This document shows positions 18,573 through 26,447 of a stretch of DNA of 64,000 bases, piece by piece. The notes under the pieces are model-generated. The model searched no databases. It worked only from the letters and a program-made list of their open reading frames with translations, and had not been told where the DNA came from. The position numbers and the translations under genes were made by a program. This DNA comes from Solirubrobacteraceae bacterium (lineage in GTDB: Bacteria; Actinomycetota; Thermoleophilia; Solirubrobacterales; Solirubrobacteraceae), in assembly GCA_049584155.1 (NCBI GenBank), contig JBAUXH010000113.1, positions 1,918 to 65,917 on the forward strand, read 5' to 3'. Position 1 is the first letter of the stretch. Each line of letters begins with the position of its first letter.

Positions 18573-19397
18573 CTAGTGAGGGTTCGGGGCGGTCACGGCG
18601 AAGCTGCCACCGATGTGGCTCCCGGCCGAGAGTTCTTCGACCTGGAGCAATGCACCGGTCGTCCCAACGCCTGGTTCGAATTCACTGTTGGAGAAATCGG
18701 GCTTGAACACAACCGGTAGAGGGCCACGTTCATTGCCTGCTGCCGAGGCGTAGAAGCAAATTGTGCCTTCTTCCGCCGCCGGTACAGCCGTATTACCGAG
18801 ACAGGCGGGATCGTTATCGACCGTCCCTTCCCGCTGGAAGTGAACGGTGATAGCTGCCGCGTCAACTGGGGAGAGCGGTATCGGGAAGCTGATCGGGAAG
18901 ACCTGATGGAATTCACCGTTACCAGCGACCCACCAAGTCCCCGTCTCGGTCGCCCCAGGCGGCAATGTCGCGGTGAAACCAGTGGTACCGTTCTTGCCGT
19001 TGCAGACATTGGTCGAGGAGGCATTCAGGGTGTACTTGACCCCAGTGACGCCTTCCCCACAGGCCCCGCCCGCGGCGATCGCTTCCCCAGTGACGGACTT
19101 GCCATCGGTACCAGGAGCGCCTTTGGCACCGGCGCTTCCAGCATCACCCTTGGACCCGGCAGGACCCTGCGCCCCGGCAGGACCTTGTGCTCCCTGAGCA
19201 CCAGCGGCGCCCTGAGCTCCGGGTGCGCCGGCTTTGCCCTGCAGCTGCTTGAGCACGCTCGGGCTGATCTGCTTGGTCGAGGTGATCAGATACTTCTTCG
19301 CGGCGTACGCACCGCCGCTCATCGCGAACACCAACGCCAACCCCGCGATCACCGTCGCCGGCGTGACACGGATCCGTCTACGTATTGCTGAGAACAT
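18573..19397 (-). CDS. collagen-like triple-helix repeat protein with N-terminal membrane anchor/signal and C-terminal globular domain
   Basis: 274 aa with hydrophobic segment VIAGLALVFAMSGGAYAA and 16 uninterrupted G-X-Y triplets. SD-like GGAGAAGAGG lies upstream of the ATG. It is the first gene of the operon. Confidence 0.9.
   Translation of the reverse strand: MFSAIRRRIRVTPATVIAGLALVFAMSGGAYAAKKYLITSTKQISPSVLKQLQGKAGAPGAQGAAGAQGAQGPAGAQGPAGSKGDAGSAGAKGAPGTDGKSVTGEAIAAGGACGEGVTGVKYTLNASSTNVCNGKNGTTGFTATLPPGATETGTWWVAGNGEFHQVFPISFPIPLSPVDAAAITVHFQREGTVDNDPACLGNTAVPAAEEGTICFYASAAGNERGPLPVVFKPDFSNSEFEPGVGTTGALLQVEELSAGSHIGGSFAVTAPNPH
19095..19238 (-). repeat. in-frame (G-X-Y)16 collagen-like repeat
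   Basis: GKAGAPGAQGAAGAQGAQGPAGAQGPAGSKGDAGSAGAKGAPGTDGKS. Confidence 0.95.
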
Positions 19398-19536
19398 CGG
19401 TTACCTCTTCTCCATGTGGAAATCGGAGGGGACAAGCAAGGCCCCCCGGTTGTTGTTGTGTGACAACGCGCCGAGAGGGCGCGGGAAGATTTCAGATACG
19501 GGAACGAGGACGCAGTCGCGCCAGATTTTCGGTCGG

Positions 19537-19878
19537 ATGCCCCGTGAACACGGGCGATCGAGCGCTATCGCGAGAGTTTCGTCCCAAGCGCCGCGTACGG
19601 TGGTTGGCGTGTCTGCCATCGCCGTCATTCGCGTCTTCTGCGAGACCGATCCCTCGTTCGCGACCACCGTCGTCAACGGCCTGCTCGCCTGGGCGACCTT
19701 CCTCGGTGGCCTTACAGCCTTCTGCGCTGGACTACCGGCGGCGCTGTTCGCCCTGGATACCACTCCCGCCCATGTACGCTCCGACCTGATCAATCGCGGC
19801 CTGGGCGTCGGTTTCGGCCTCGGGATAGTTCTGGGCCCCTTGACGCTCTTTGTCTTCATTGCTAGGCTGGTGTCATGA
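19537..19878 (+). CDS. small hypothetical membrane protein (about 113 aa, 2-3 TM)
   Basis: 3' part of track ORF 19234-19878. Hydrophobic segments VVNGLLAWATFLGGLTAFCAGLPAALFAL and GLGVGFGLGIVLGPLTLFVFIARLV, with fairly GC-rich third positions. The start is uncertain (ATG 19537 or ATG 19414). Confidence 0.45.
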   Translation: MPREHGRSSAIARVSSQAPRTVVGVSAIAVIRVFCETDPSFATTVVNGLLAWATFLGGLTAFCAGLPAALFALDTTPAHVRSDLINRGLGVGFGLGIVLGPLTLFVFIARLVS

Positions 19879-20045
19879 ACGAGCTCGATCGCTATGACTA
19901 CGTCCTCACCATGCTGTTCGGCGGCATCGCGACGGGTGCCCTCGCCTTGGGCGCACCTCTGTGGGCGATCGCGCCCATTTACATGACCCTTTGCACGATC
20001 GTGCTGTACCGCCACCTCCCCCTTCCTCCGCGCCGCAAAAGGTAG
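19875..20045 (+). CDS. 56-aa hypothetical membrane micro-protein
   Basis: Below the ORF-track size cutoff. Hand translation: MNELDRYDYVLTMLFGGIATGALALGAPLWAIAPIYMTLCTIVLYRHLPLPPRRKR. GC3 is high by my count, and the ATGA overlaps the preceding ORF's stop. Confidence 0.45.
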   Translation: MNELDRYDYVLTMLFGGIATGALALGAPLWAIAPIYMTLCTIVLYRHLPLPPRRKR

Positions 20046-20080
20046 AAGGCCGCAATCTGGGCCGGTGAGAACGACCGGAG

Positions 20081-21076
20081 TCATGCCGCGCTCCGCTGAC
20101 TGTCGGCGCTGAGATGCGCGGTAACGCGCTGACCGAGCGTGGTGAGACTCCAGGCGTTGGACTCACCCTTGCTGTGCCCGTCGCCCGTATTGGTCGCAAG
20201 CCCCAAACGCTCGAGGCGCGCCAGGAGCTTTGAGATCTGCCCCTGGTCGGGGACCCCGGCGAGCTCGCCGACGACGCGATTGCTGACGCCGGGGCGCTCG
20301 GCGATCGTCTCCAACACCCGCGCGGTGCGATACGTCAGGCGCATCGGCACCTCACGCAGCGGGTCCTGCTCGATCCGGGCGCCGTCCGGGCCGGACGTGT
20401 TCGCGACGGCTGTGGGGATGGACGGGACGGCGCGGTCCTGTTCACGTCGCGCTACGGCCGGCCCGGAATAGGGCAGCACGAGCATCCCCATCAGTTCACC
20501 GAAGAGATCCGCCAGTGGCTCACCGTCGGAGCGCGTCAAGCGCGCGTACACGATCGAGAACACGGCGCCGACGAGACCCTCGGCGGTCAATGGCGGACAT
20601 GTGCGCCCGTTCTCACCGTTGCGACCCTCATCCAATGCGCCAGCCAGACGTGCGAGGATCTGCTCGCGCCGCGCCAGCACCCGAGGACCGCCCTGCAGCG
20701 CCTGCGCGACACAGACGCGCGCGAGCACGGGCTCGCGATCCAGGAAACAGAGAATCGTCCAAAGGCCCGTGCGGATGCGCTCGCGCCAGGAGAGCTCGGC
20801 GAGCTGTGCCGCGTCGAGCTCAGTCTCCACCCGCTCGACGACCTCGTCCAGGACCGCGAGCAGGCAATCTTCGCGGTTCTCGAACAGGTCGTAAAAAGTG
20901 CGCCGCGATACACGTGCGCGCGCGGTGATGTGCGCAACCGACGCGCCGGACCAGCCCAGCTCCTCGACGGTGACGACAGCCGCGGACAGAAGCCGCGCGC
21001 GCTGCATCTCCGAGACCTGCACGCGGGGGGAGGCGCCGGCGGCGCTACGAACGGATTGGGGGCGCTTGGTGATCAA
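20081..21076 (-). CDS. two-domain transcriptional regulator: N-terminal TetR/AcrR HTH fused to a C-terminal MarR/ArsR-like winged helix
   Basis: TetR HTH is VAHITARARVSRRTFYDLFENREDCLL. The C-terminal segment is YRTARVLETIAERPGVSNRVVGELAGVPDQGQISKLLARLERLGLA. TTG start at 21076 is preceded by GGAGG with a 6-nt spacer. Confidence 0.88.
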   Translation of the reverse strand: MITKRPQSVRSAAGASPRVQVSEMQRARLLSAAVVTVEELGWSGASVAHITARARVSRRTFYDLFENREDCLLAVLDEVVERVETELDAAQLAELSWRERIRTGLWTILCFLDREPVLARVCVAQALQGGPRVLARREQILARLAGALDEGRNGENGRTCPPLTAEGLVGAVFSIVYARLTRSDGEPLADLFGELMGMLVLPYSGPAVARREQDRAVPSIPTAVANTSGPDGARIEQDPLREVPMRLTYRTARVLETIAERPGVSNRVVGELAGVPDQGQISKLLARLERLGLATNTGDGHSKGESNAWSLTTLGQRVTAHLSADSQRSAA

Positions 21077-21306
21077 GCTATGCCTCCAGGCGCGCGGCAG
21101 GTCCGCTCGCAGTGGGCTTGCCGGACATTCGCGTGCGTGTAAGCGAGGCTTCGGTCTCGCGTTACCTTGTGCGGGCGGCGAACATCATCGAGCGCGTGGC
21201 ACGGGAGCTTCGAACAATGCGCGTGGGGGCGTGGTGTGCCATGCCCCGCGAGTGGGGTGAAGAACCGGCGGTTTTTGCCGGCTAGATCAGGGGTGCTACC
21301 GGGACA

Positions 21307-21329
21307 AGAGAGAGAGAGAGAGAGAGAGA
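21307..21329. repeat. (AG)n dinucleotide microsatellite, about 11.5 units
   Basis: aagagagagagagagagagagagat read directly. It is intergenic. Confidence 0.95.
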
Positions 21330-21524
21330 TGTGTCAGCGCTGCTGACGCATCTACCTACGGCCGTGCTTTGACGCACAGCGACCCTCGTCACATCTGTCC
21401 CCGAAGAAAACACGCGAAAACAACCCCTCATCAGCGATCTGGAACCCTCTCCCAAAGGTCTTGCTGCTCAAGCGCTTGAAATCGATCCCGAGACCGACCC
21501 AAACCCGATCTATCGACGCCCGGC

Positions 21525-21539
21525 GTTCCACCATGGAAC
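21525..21539. promoter_or_regulatory. perfect 15-bp palindrome GTTCCAccaTGGAAC (candidate operator or 5' stem)
   Basis: Read directly. It lies about 10-25 nt downstream of the predicted transcription start of the promoter at 21556-21584. Confidence 0.3.
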
Positions 21540-21555
21540 ACCATGAACACGTATG

Positions 21556-21584
21556 AACATAACGTCAATGCAGGGGCTTGTCAA
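21556..21584 (-). promoter_or_regulatory. near-consensus sigma-70-type promoter (TTGACA, 17-nt spacer, TATGTT)
   Basis: Minus-strand reading: cTTGACAagcccctgcattgacgtTATGTTcatacg. It sits in a lower-GC spacer. Confidence 0.4.
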
Positions 21585-21686
21585 GAGCGAACCGCAAAAG
21601 AGTCTCTACGACACAGGGGCGGGCTGGGGGGATCTCACTCATCCATAGCCCGGCCTGAACCCGCTCCCGTGATCGCCGATTCGCCC

Positions 21687-23375
21687 TCAGCGCGCGATCG
21701 CGCCCTCGGCGGCGCTGCCGACGAGCTTCGCGTACTTCTGGATCGCCACGTCGATGTGCTCGTCCGCGCGCGGCGGACGCTCATACGCGGCCACGCGGGC
21801 CGCGATCTCCTCCTCGGCCAGCGCCACGTCCAAGCGGCCGGCATCTACGTCGATCGTCACCACGTCGCCCATGTGCAGTGCCGCGATCGGACCGCCGCGG
21901 ACCGCCTCCGGAGCGACGTGAGCCACCATGAAACCGTGCGTCGCGCCCGAGAAGCGCCCGTCGGTGATCAGCGCGACCTCTTCGCCGAGGCCCTCGCCCA
22001 CGATCGCCGCGGTCACCGCCAGCATCTCGCGCATGCCGGGGCCGCCCGCGGGGCCCTCGGCGCGAATCACGACCACGTCACCGGCTTCGATCTCGTGCGC
22101 CAGGACCGCGGCCATCGCCGCCTCCTCCCCGTCGAACACACGCGCGGGGCCCGAGTGTTTGCGCCGCTCGTGCCCCGAGAGCTTGACCACGCAGCCTTCC
22201 GGGGCCACGTTGCCGCGCAGGATCGCGAAGCCGCCCGTCGGTTTCAGCGGCCGATCGAGTGGCAGCACCACCTTCTGGCCGGCGGTCTCCCGCGCCTCCG
22301 CGGCGTGCTCGCCGATCGTGCGGCCGGTCACGGTCGGCGCGTCCGGGCTCAGGATGCCCGCGTCCTGCAACCGCTTCAGCACCAGCGGCACGCCGCCCGC
22401 CTCATAGAGGTCCGTCGCCGCGTACTGCCCGCCCGGCTGCAGGTCGCACAGCAGCGGGGTGCGCTCGGAGATCGCCTCGAACTCGTCCAGTTGCAGCGGC
22501 ACGCCCATTTCGCGCGCGACCGCCAGCAGGTGCAGCACGCCGTTGGTCGAGCCGCCGCTCGTCGCCACCGCCGCGATCGCGTTCTGCAGCGCCGGCTTGG
22601 TGATCACGTCGGCGGGTCGCTGCCCGCGGCGCAGTACGTCCATGACGAGCTCGCCGCACTGTTTCGCAACCTCCAGCTTGCGCCCGTCCTCGGCCGGCAC
22701 CATCGCCGAGCCCGCGGGCGAGATGCCGAGCGCCTCGAAGGCCATCGCCATCGTGTTCGCCGTGAACTGCCCGCCGCAGGCGCCCGCGCCCGGCGAGGCC
22801 GCCTCCTCCAACGCGTGCAACTGCTCCTCGGTGATCTTGCCCGCGGCGAACTGGCCGACCGCCTCGAACACCTGCTGGATCGTCACCTCCACGCCCTCGA
22901 ACCAGCCCGGCTTGATCGAGCCGCCGTAGAGCATCAGCCCCGGGATGTTCAGACGCGCGAGCGCCATCACGGTCCCCGGGATCGTCTTGTCACAGCCGGA
23001 GATCGTCACGAGCGCGTCGAAGTGATGCGCGCTCGCGACCAGCTCGATCGAGTCCGCGATCAGCTCACGCGAGACCAGCGAGGCGCGCATCCCCGCGGTG
23101 CCCATCGTGATCCCGTCGGAGATCGCGATCGTGTTCAGCTCCATCGGCGTGCCCCCGGCCGCGCGTATCCCCTCCTTGACCTTCGCCGCGAGCACGCGAT
23201 TGTTGAAGTTGCACGGCATCGTCTCTATCCACGAATGCGCCACGCCGACGATTGGCTTCGCGAGATCCTCGGCGCTGTAGCCGATCCCGTGCAGGTAGGC
23301 GCGCGCGGCCGCGCGCTCGGGACCCTCGGTCAGGGCTCGGCTGCGGTGCTTGACGTCGAAGGTAGTGGTGCTCAC
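21687..23375 (-). CDS. ilvD: dihydroxy-acid dehydratase
   Basis: 562 aa. Blocks [52 protein letters not shown] start overlaps the upstream stop (GTGA). Confidence 0.97.
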   Translation of the reverse strand: MSTTTFDVKHRSRALTEGPERAAARAYLHGIGYSAEDLAKPIVGVAHSWIETMPCNFNNRVLAAKVKEGIRAAGGTPMELNTIAISDGITMGTAGMRASLVSRELIADSIELVASAHHFDALVTISGCDKTIPGTVMALARLNIPGLMLYGGSIKPGWFEGVEVTIQQVFEAVGQFAAGKITEEQLHALEEAASPGAGACGGQFTANTMAMAFEALGISPAGSAMVPAEDGRKLEVAKQCGELVMDVLRRGQRPADVITKPALQNAIAAVATSGGSTNGVLHLLAVAREMGVPLQLDEFEAISERTPLLCDLQPGGQYAATDLYEAGGVPLVLKRLQDAGILSPDAPTVTGRTIGEHAAEARETAGQKVVLPLDRPLKPTGGFAILRGNVAPEGCVVKLSGHERRKHSGPARVFDGEEAAMAAVLAHEIEAGDVVVIRAEGPAGGPGMREMLAVTAAIVGEGLGEEVALITDGRFSGATHGFMVAHVAPEAVRGGPIAALHMGDVVTIDVDAGRLDVALAEEEIAARVAAYERPPRADEHIDVAIQKYAKLVGSAAEGAIAR

Positions 23376-24058
23376 GCGGCGCGCACATTACCGGCGTCGA
23401 GCCGGTCCTGCCCGACACCGCCCACCGTGACATGGCGCGCCTCATCGTTCACGGCCGCACCCTCGCGCCTGCGTGCGCTCGCCTCGTCGTGTTCGCGCTC
23501 CCAGCGCGCGAGTCTCAGCAGATCGCGCCGTACGCGCTGCGGATCGACCTGGCGCCCCGGCAAGTGCATGTTCGCGTCGGCGATCAACCTGCGCTCATCC
23601 GCTCTCAGCGCCATCCACTTCGCGAGTACATCGTCGGAGTCAGGCAGTCGCGTGCTCCCATACGGGCGCGAGTGATCGGGAAACGCCACGCAGTACTCGC
23701 TCAATAGCGTCCCCGTCCGCGGAACGTAGGAGACGATCGGCTTGTGCGGGTAGATCAGGTACGCGTAACGCTCACCGGAACGCCCGAACAGGCGCAGAAA
23801 CCCCAGATCGCGATACATCGCCCACTCTCGCTCGTTTACGCACGAGTGCAGTAGCCGGCGCGCCCGCTGCTCAGCGCGGCGCTCACGGCCCGGGTCATAG
23901 TCCAACTCGCGCGCTCCCCGGTGCGCACGGATGAAGTCGCGAACGAACAAAGCATGGCGCTCACGCAACCGCCCAACACCTGCCGCCACCCTCGCCCTGT
24001 TGAGCTCCCACACCAGCGCGCCCAATACAAGCACCGCCGTCGTCAGCCCGAGCAGCAT
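23372..24058 (-). CDS. hypothetical protein with N-terminal TM segment
   Basis: 228 aa, high GC3, translationally coupled to ilvD. Confidence 0.7.
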   Translation of the reverse strand: MLLGLTTAVLVLGALVWELNRARVAAGVGRLRERHALFVRDFIRAHRGARELDYDPGRERRAEQRARRLLHSCVNEREWAMYRDLGFLRLFGRSGERYAYLIYPHKPIVSYVPRTGTLLSEYCVAFPDHSRPYGSTRLPDSDDVLAKWMALRADERRLIADANMHLPGRQVDPQRVRRDLLRLARWEREHDEASARRREGAAVNDEARHVTVGGVGQDRLDAGNVRAA

Positions 24059-24071
24059 CGCAAGACCCGCG

Positions 24072-24329
24072 CTAGCGCGACCCGCCGGCCGCCCGAGGAA
24101 AGAAGATCACGCGCTCAGCGTCACGTGGCACCTCGGCGAAGCTCTTCACCAGCTCCGCCTCGCGTCGTCCGTCAGTCGTCTCGGTCGGCACGGCCGCCCA
24201 CATCCCCGCGTCCAACTCGCGCCGGAACGCCTCAATCAGCGCCTGCTCCTCCTCGGCGACCTCTACGTCCCCCTCCGCGAGCACGATCTCGCCATGACCG
24301 GGCTTCATGCGCAGGAGCTTCATCGTCAT
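24072..24329 (-). CDS. hypothetical small acidic protein
   Basis: 85 aa, high GC3, in operon position upstream of 23372-24058. Confidence 0.55.
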   Translation of the reverse strand: MTMKLLRMKPGHGEIVLAEGDVEVAEEEQALIEAFRRELDAGMWAAVPTETTDGRREAELVKSFAEVPRDAERVIFFPRAAGGSR

Positions 24330-24360
24330 CCGATTATGGCACGGCGACGAGGCTTAGTTA

Positions 24361-25275
24361 TCAGCTCTCACGCATCCGCTCGAGCCCAAGCACATCGACC
24401 GGACCTGCGCCGCGACCCACGTCGCGCAGCCCGTACGCGACCGCCTCCCCTGCCAGCCTGCGCGCGATCCGAGCCGCCTGCGACGTTGTATCCCCCAATG
24501 CAAGCCGCGCCGCGAGCACCGCAGAGTGTGTGCACCCGGAGCCGTGCGCGGCTCCGTCATGGTGGCGCTCCCCAGGAATCTCGATGACAGACACTTCACC
24601 GCGCGGGTCGTTCGACGATCGTTCGAGCAGCAAATCGACGGCGCGCGCGCGATGCCCTCCGGTCAGCACGACCGCCCCCGACCCCAATGCGAGCACCGCC
24701 CGAGCCAGCTCTCGCGCCTCCTCCTCCTCCTCCTCCTCGGTCGTTACGTCTCCCTCCGCCGCCCGGAGGCCCGCCAACACCCGTGCCTCAGGCAGGTTGG
24801 GCGTAAGTACGCTTGCGCGCGGCACGATCTCGGCGATTAGCGCATCCTGTGCGTCCACATCGAGCAGACGAGCGCCCGACTCGGCCACCATCACAGGATC
24901 GACGACCACCGGCGTGCCTGCCGGCAGCTCGTCCAGCGCCCGCGCCACCGTCAGCGTGACCTCCATCGTGCCGAGCATCCCCACCTTGACGGCGTCCACA
25001 CCAAGATCGCTGACGAGCGCCCGCACCTGCGCAAGCACGATCTCCGGCGGCACCGGATGAATCGCCTGCACGCCCAACGTGTTTTGGGCGGTGATCGCGG
25101 TGATCGCACTGCACCCGTGCACACCGCAGCGCGCGAACGCCTTCAGATCGGCCTGAATCCCGGCGCCACCGCCCGAGTCCGAGCCGGCGATCGTCAGGGC
25201 GACCGGGGTTTTTCGCCTCACAGTCGCGCTCCTACCGGCTTCGCTCACGGCCGGTTCGCGCTCATCGCGCGCCAT
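24361..25275 (-). CDS. thiD: hydroxymethylpyrimidine/phosphomethylpyrimidine kinase
   Basis: The start was moved to ATG 25275. Blocks ALTIAGSDSGGGAGIQADLK, VKVGML, GTGCT-like HGSGCTHSA. Contains an E7 run encoded by (CTC)7 at 24718-24738. Confidence 0.92.
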   Translation of the reverse strand: MARDEREPAVSEAGRSATVRRKTPVALTIAGSDSGGGAGIQADLKAFARCGVHGCSAITAITAQNTLGVQAIHPVPPEIVLAQVRALVSDLGVDAVKVGMLGTMEVTLTVARALDELPAGTPVVVDPVMVAESGARLLDVDAQDALIAEIVPRASVLTPNLPEARVLAGLRAAEGDVTTEEEEEEEARELARAVLALGSGAVVLTGGHRARAVDLLLERSSNDPRGEVSVIEIPGERHHDGAAHGSGCTHSAVLAARLALGDTTSQAARIARRLAGEAVAYGLRDVGRGAGPVDVLGLERMRES

Positions 25276-25280
25276 CTGGT

Positions 25281-25811
25281 TCAGTCCAGTCGCGGCGCAG
25301 TTCGCCGACGCGGAAAGATCGTGTAGCTGCCGATCGCCGTGACGAGCAGACGGCCGTCCTCGTGACGTACCTCGCTGTGCATCACTGCGGTGGTGCGGTT
25401 GCGCCGGTCGAGGGTGGTCGAGCAGACGATCTCCCCCTCCGTAGCAGTCTGGACGTAGTTGATCGAGATGCCGATCGTCGCGATTCGCTCCTCGATCGTC
25501 GTCTGCGCCCACAGCGTCGAGCCCATGCAGTAGTCGACCAGCGCGTACGTAACCACGCCCGAGAGTAGTCCGCCCGCGTTGATCAGCTCAGGGCGGATCT
25601 CCAGGCGGACGGTCTGCGGATCGTCCCAGCGCATCCCCATGAACCCGCTCACACCGTCGATCGATCCCGGACCGCCGACCGGGGGATCGGCCGCCGGCTG
25701 AGCATCCACGATAGGAGCGCCGCTCACCTCCGCCGCGCCCGTCGAGGCTCTCGCAAGCCTAGACGCGGGCGCCCGCGCATCGGCGGAGGGATCGTCGAGA
25801 GCGTCGTCCAT
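25281..25811 (-). CDS. PaaI/hotdog-fold thioesterase family protein
   Basis: The C-terminal 120 aa (NAGGLLSGVVTYALVDYCMGS...GRLLVTAIGSY) fit the hotdog thioesterase pattern. The N-terminal ~55 aa are low complexity, so the start is uncertain. Confidence 0.75.
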   Translation of the reverse strand: MDDALDDPSADARAPASRLARASTGAAEVSGAPIVDAQPAADPPVGGPGSIDGVSGFMGMRWDDPQTVRLEIRPELINAGGLLSGVVTYALVDYCMGSTLWAQTTIEERIATIGISINYVQTATEGEIVCSTTLDRRNRTTAVMHSEVRHEDGRLLVTAIGSYTIFPRRRTAPRLD

Positions 25812-25902
25812 GCGAGGAAGAGGCTACGCGAGCGCGCCCGTTCATGTCCGCGCGAGACCGGTGTCACAGACTTGTGAGGGTCTTGAGTCTGGATAGTCAC
25901 AT

Positions 25903-26394
25903 ATGCACGTCCGCGGTCACACCTGTCGATCTAGCGTGCTCGACATGCGTACGACAGGCAGGTCTCAACCCAGCTCAGACGCCAACCGCGGGGATGCGAA
26001 GCCCACCGACCCGCGCCATGCCCTCGGCCGTCGCGGCGAGGAGTTCGCCGCCAAACACCTGCACCGCTTGGGATTCTCTCCACTGGGCCGCAACGAGCGC
26101 ACTCGCTATGGCGAGATCGACCTGGTCGCATTCGATGGCAAGACGCTGGTCTTCGTCGAGGTCAAGACTCGGCGCGTGGACGCCCGCCCGGGCAGGCCCC
26201 GGCCCGACCAACAACCGTTGCACTGGCTCCGTCCCCGCCAGCGCATCCGTCTGCGCAAGCTCGCCACCGCCTGGCTGACGGACGAGAAGCACATCCGCCC
26301 CACCGCCCACACGATCCGCTTCGACGCGATCGGAGTGATGATCGACAGCAAAGACCGGCTATTGCGCTTGGACCATGTGGAGGGGGCGTGGTGA
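25903..26394 (+). CDS. yraN: YraN-family (UPF0102) endonuclease-like protein
   Basis: GEEFAAKHLHRLGF...YGEIDLVAFDGKTLVFVEVKTRR. ATG 25945 is an alternative start. Confidence 0.85.
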   Translation: MHVRGHTCRSSVLDMRTTGRSQPSSDANRGDAKPTDPRHALGRRGEEFAAKHLHRLGFSPLGRNERTRYGEIDLVAFDGKTLVFVEVKTRRVDARPGRPRPDQQPLHWLRPRQRIRLRKLATAWLTDEKHIRPTAHTIRFDAIGVMIDSKDRLLRLDHVEGAW

Positions 26395-26447
26395 GAAGCC
26401 TCATATGAGCTTCGGCCGCCCACAGCGACCGGGCCGGAAGTCAGATT

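Noticed and set aside
16764-18719. 651-aa plus-strand ORF
   Set aside because: It is antisense to the 1358-aa secreted-protein gene, whose repeats and signal peptide are convincing. It has no motifs of its own.
19401-20084. 227-aa minus-strand ORF between the collagen-like gene and the regulator
   Set aside because: Its product is R/P/K-rich, motif-free and has mixed third positions. The opposite strand encodes two hydrophobic ORFs with better codon bias. This is not fully excluded.
21352-21534. 60-aa ORF as a confident protein-coding gene
   Set aside because: Third-position GC is intermediate, the size sits at the track cutoff, and there is no recognisable motif. It is kept only as one option within the orphan-promoter finding.
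21543-23675. 710-aa plus-strand ORF
   Set aside because: It is exactly antisense to ilvD, R/H/A/L-rich and motif-free. This is a typical shadow ORF of a high-GC gene.
24718-24738. (CTC)7 trinucleotide run
   Set aside because: It simply encodes an in-frame E7 stretch in a surface loop of ThiD. There is no evidence of a regulatory role.
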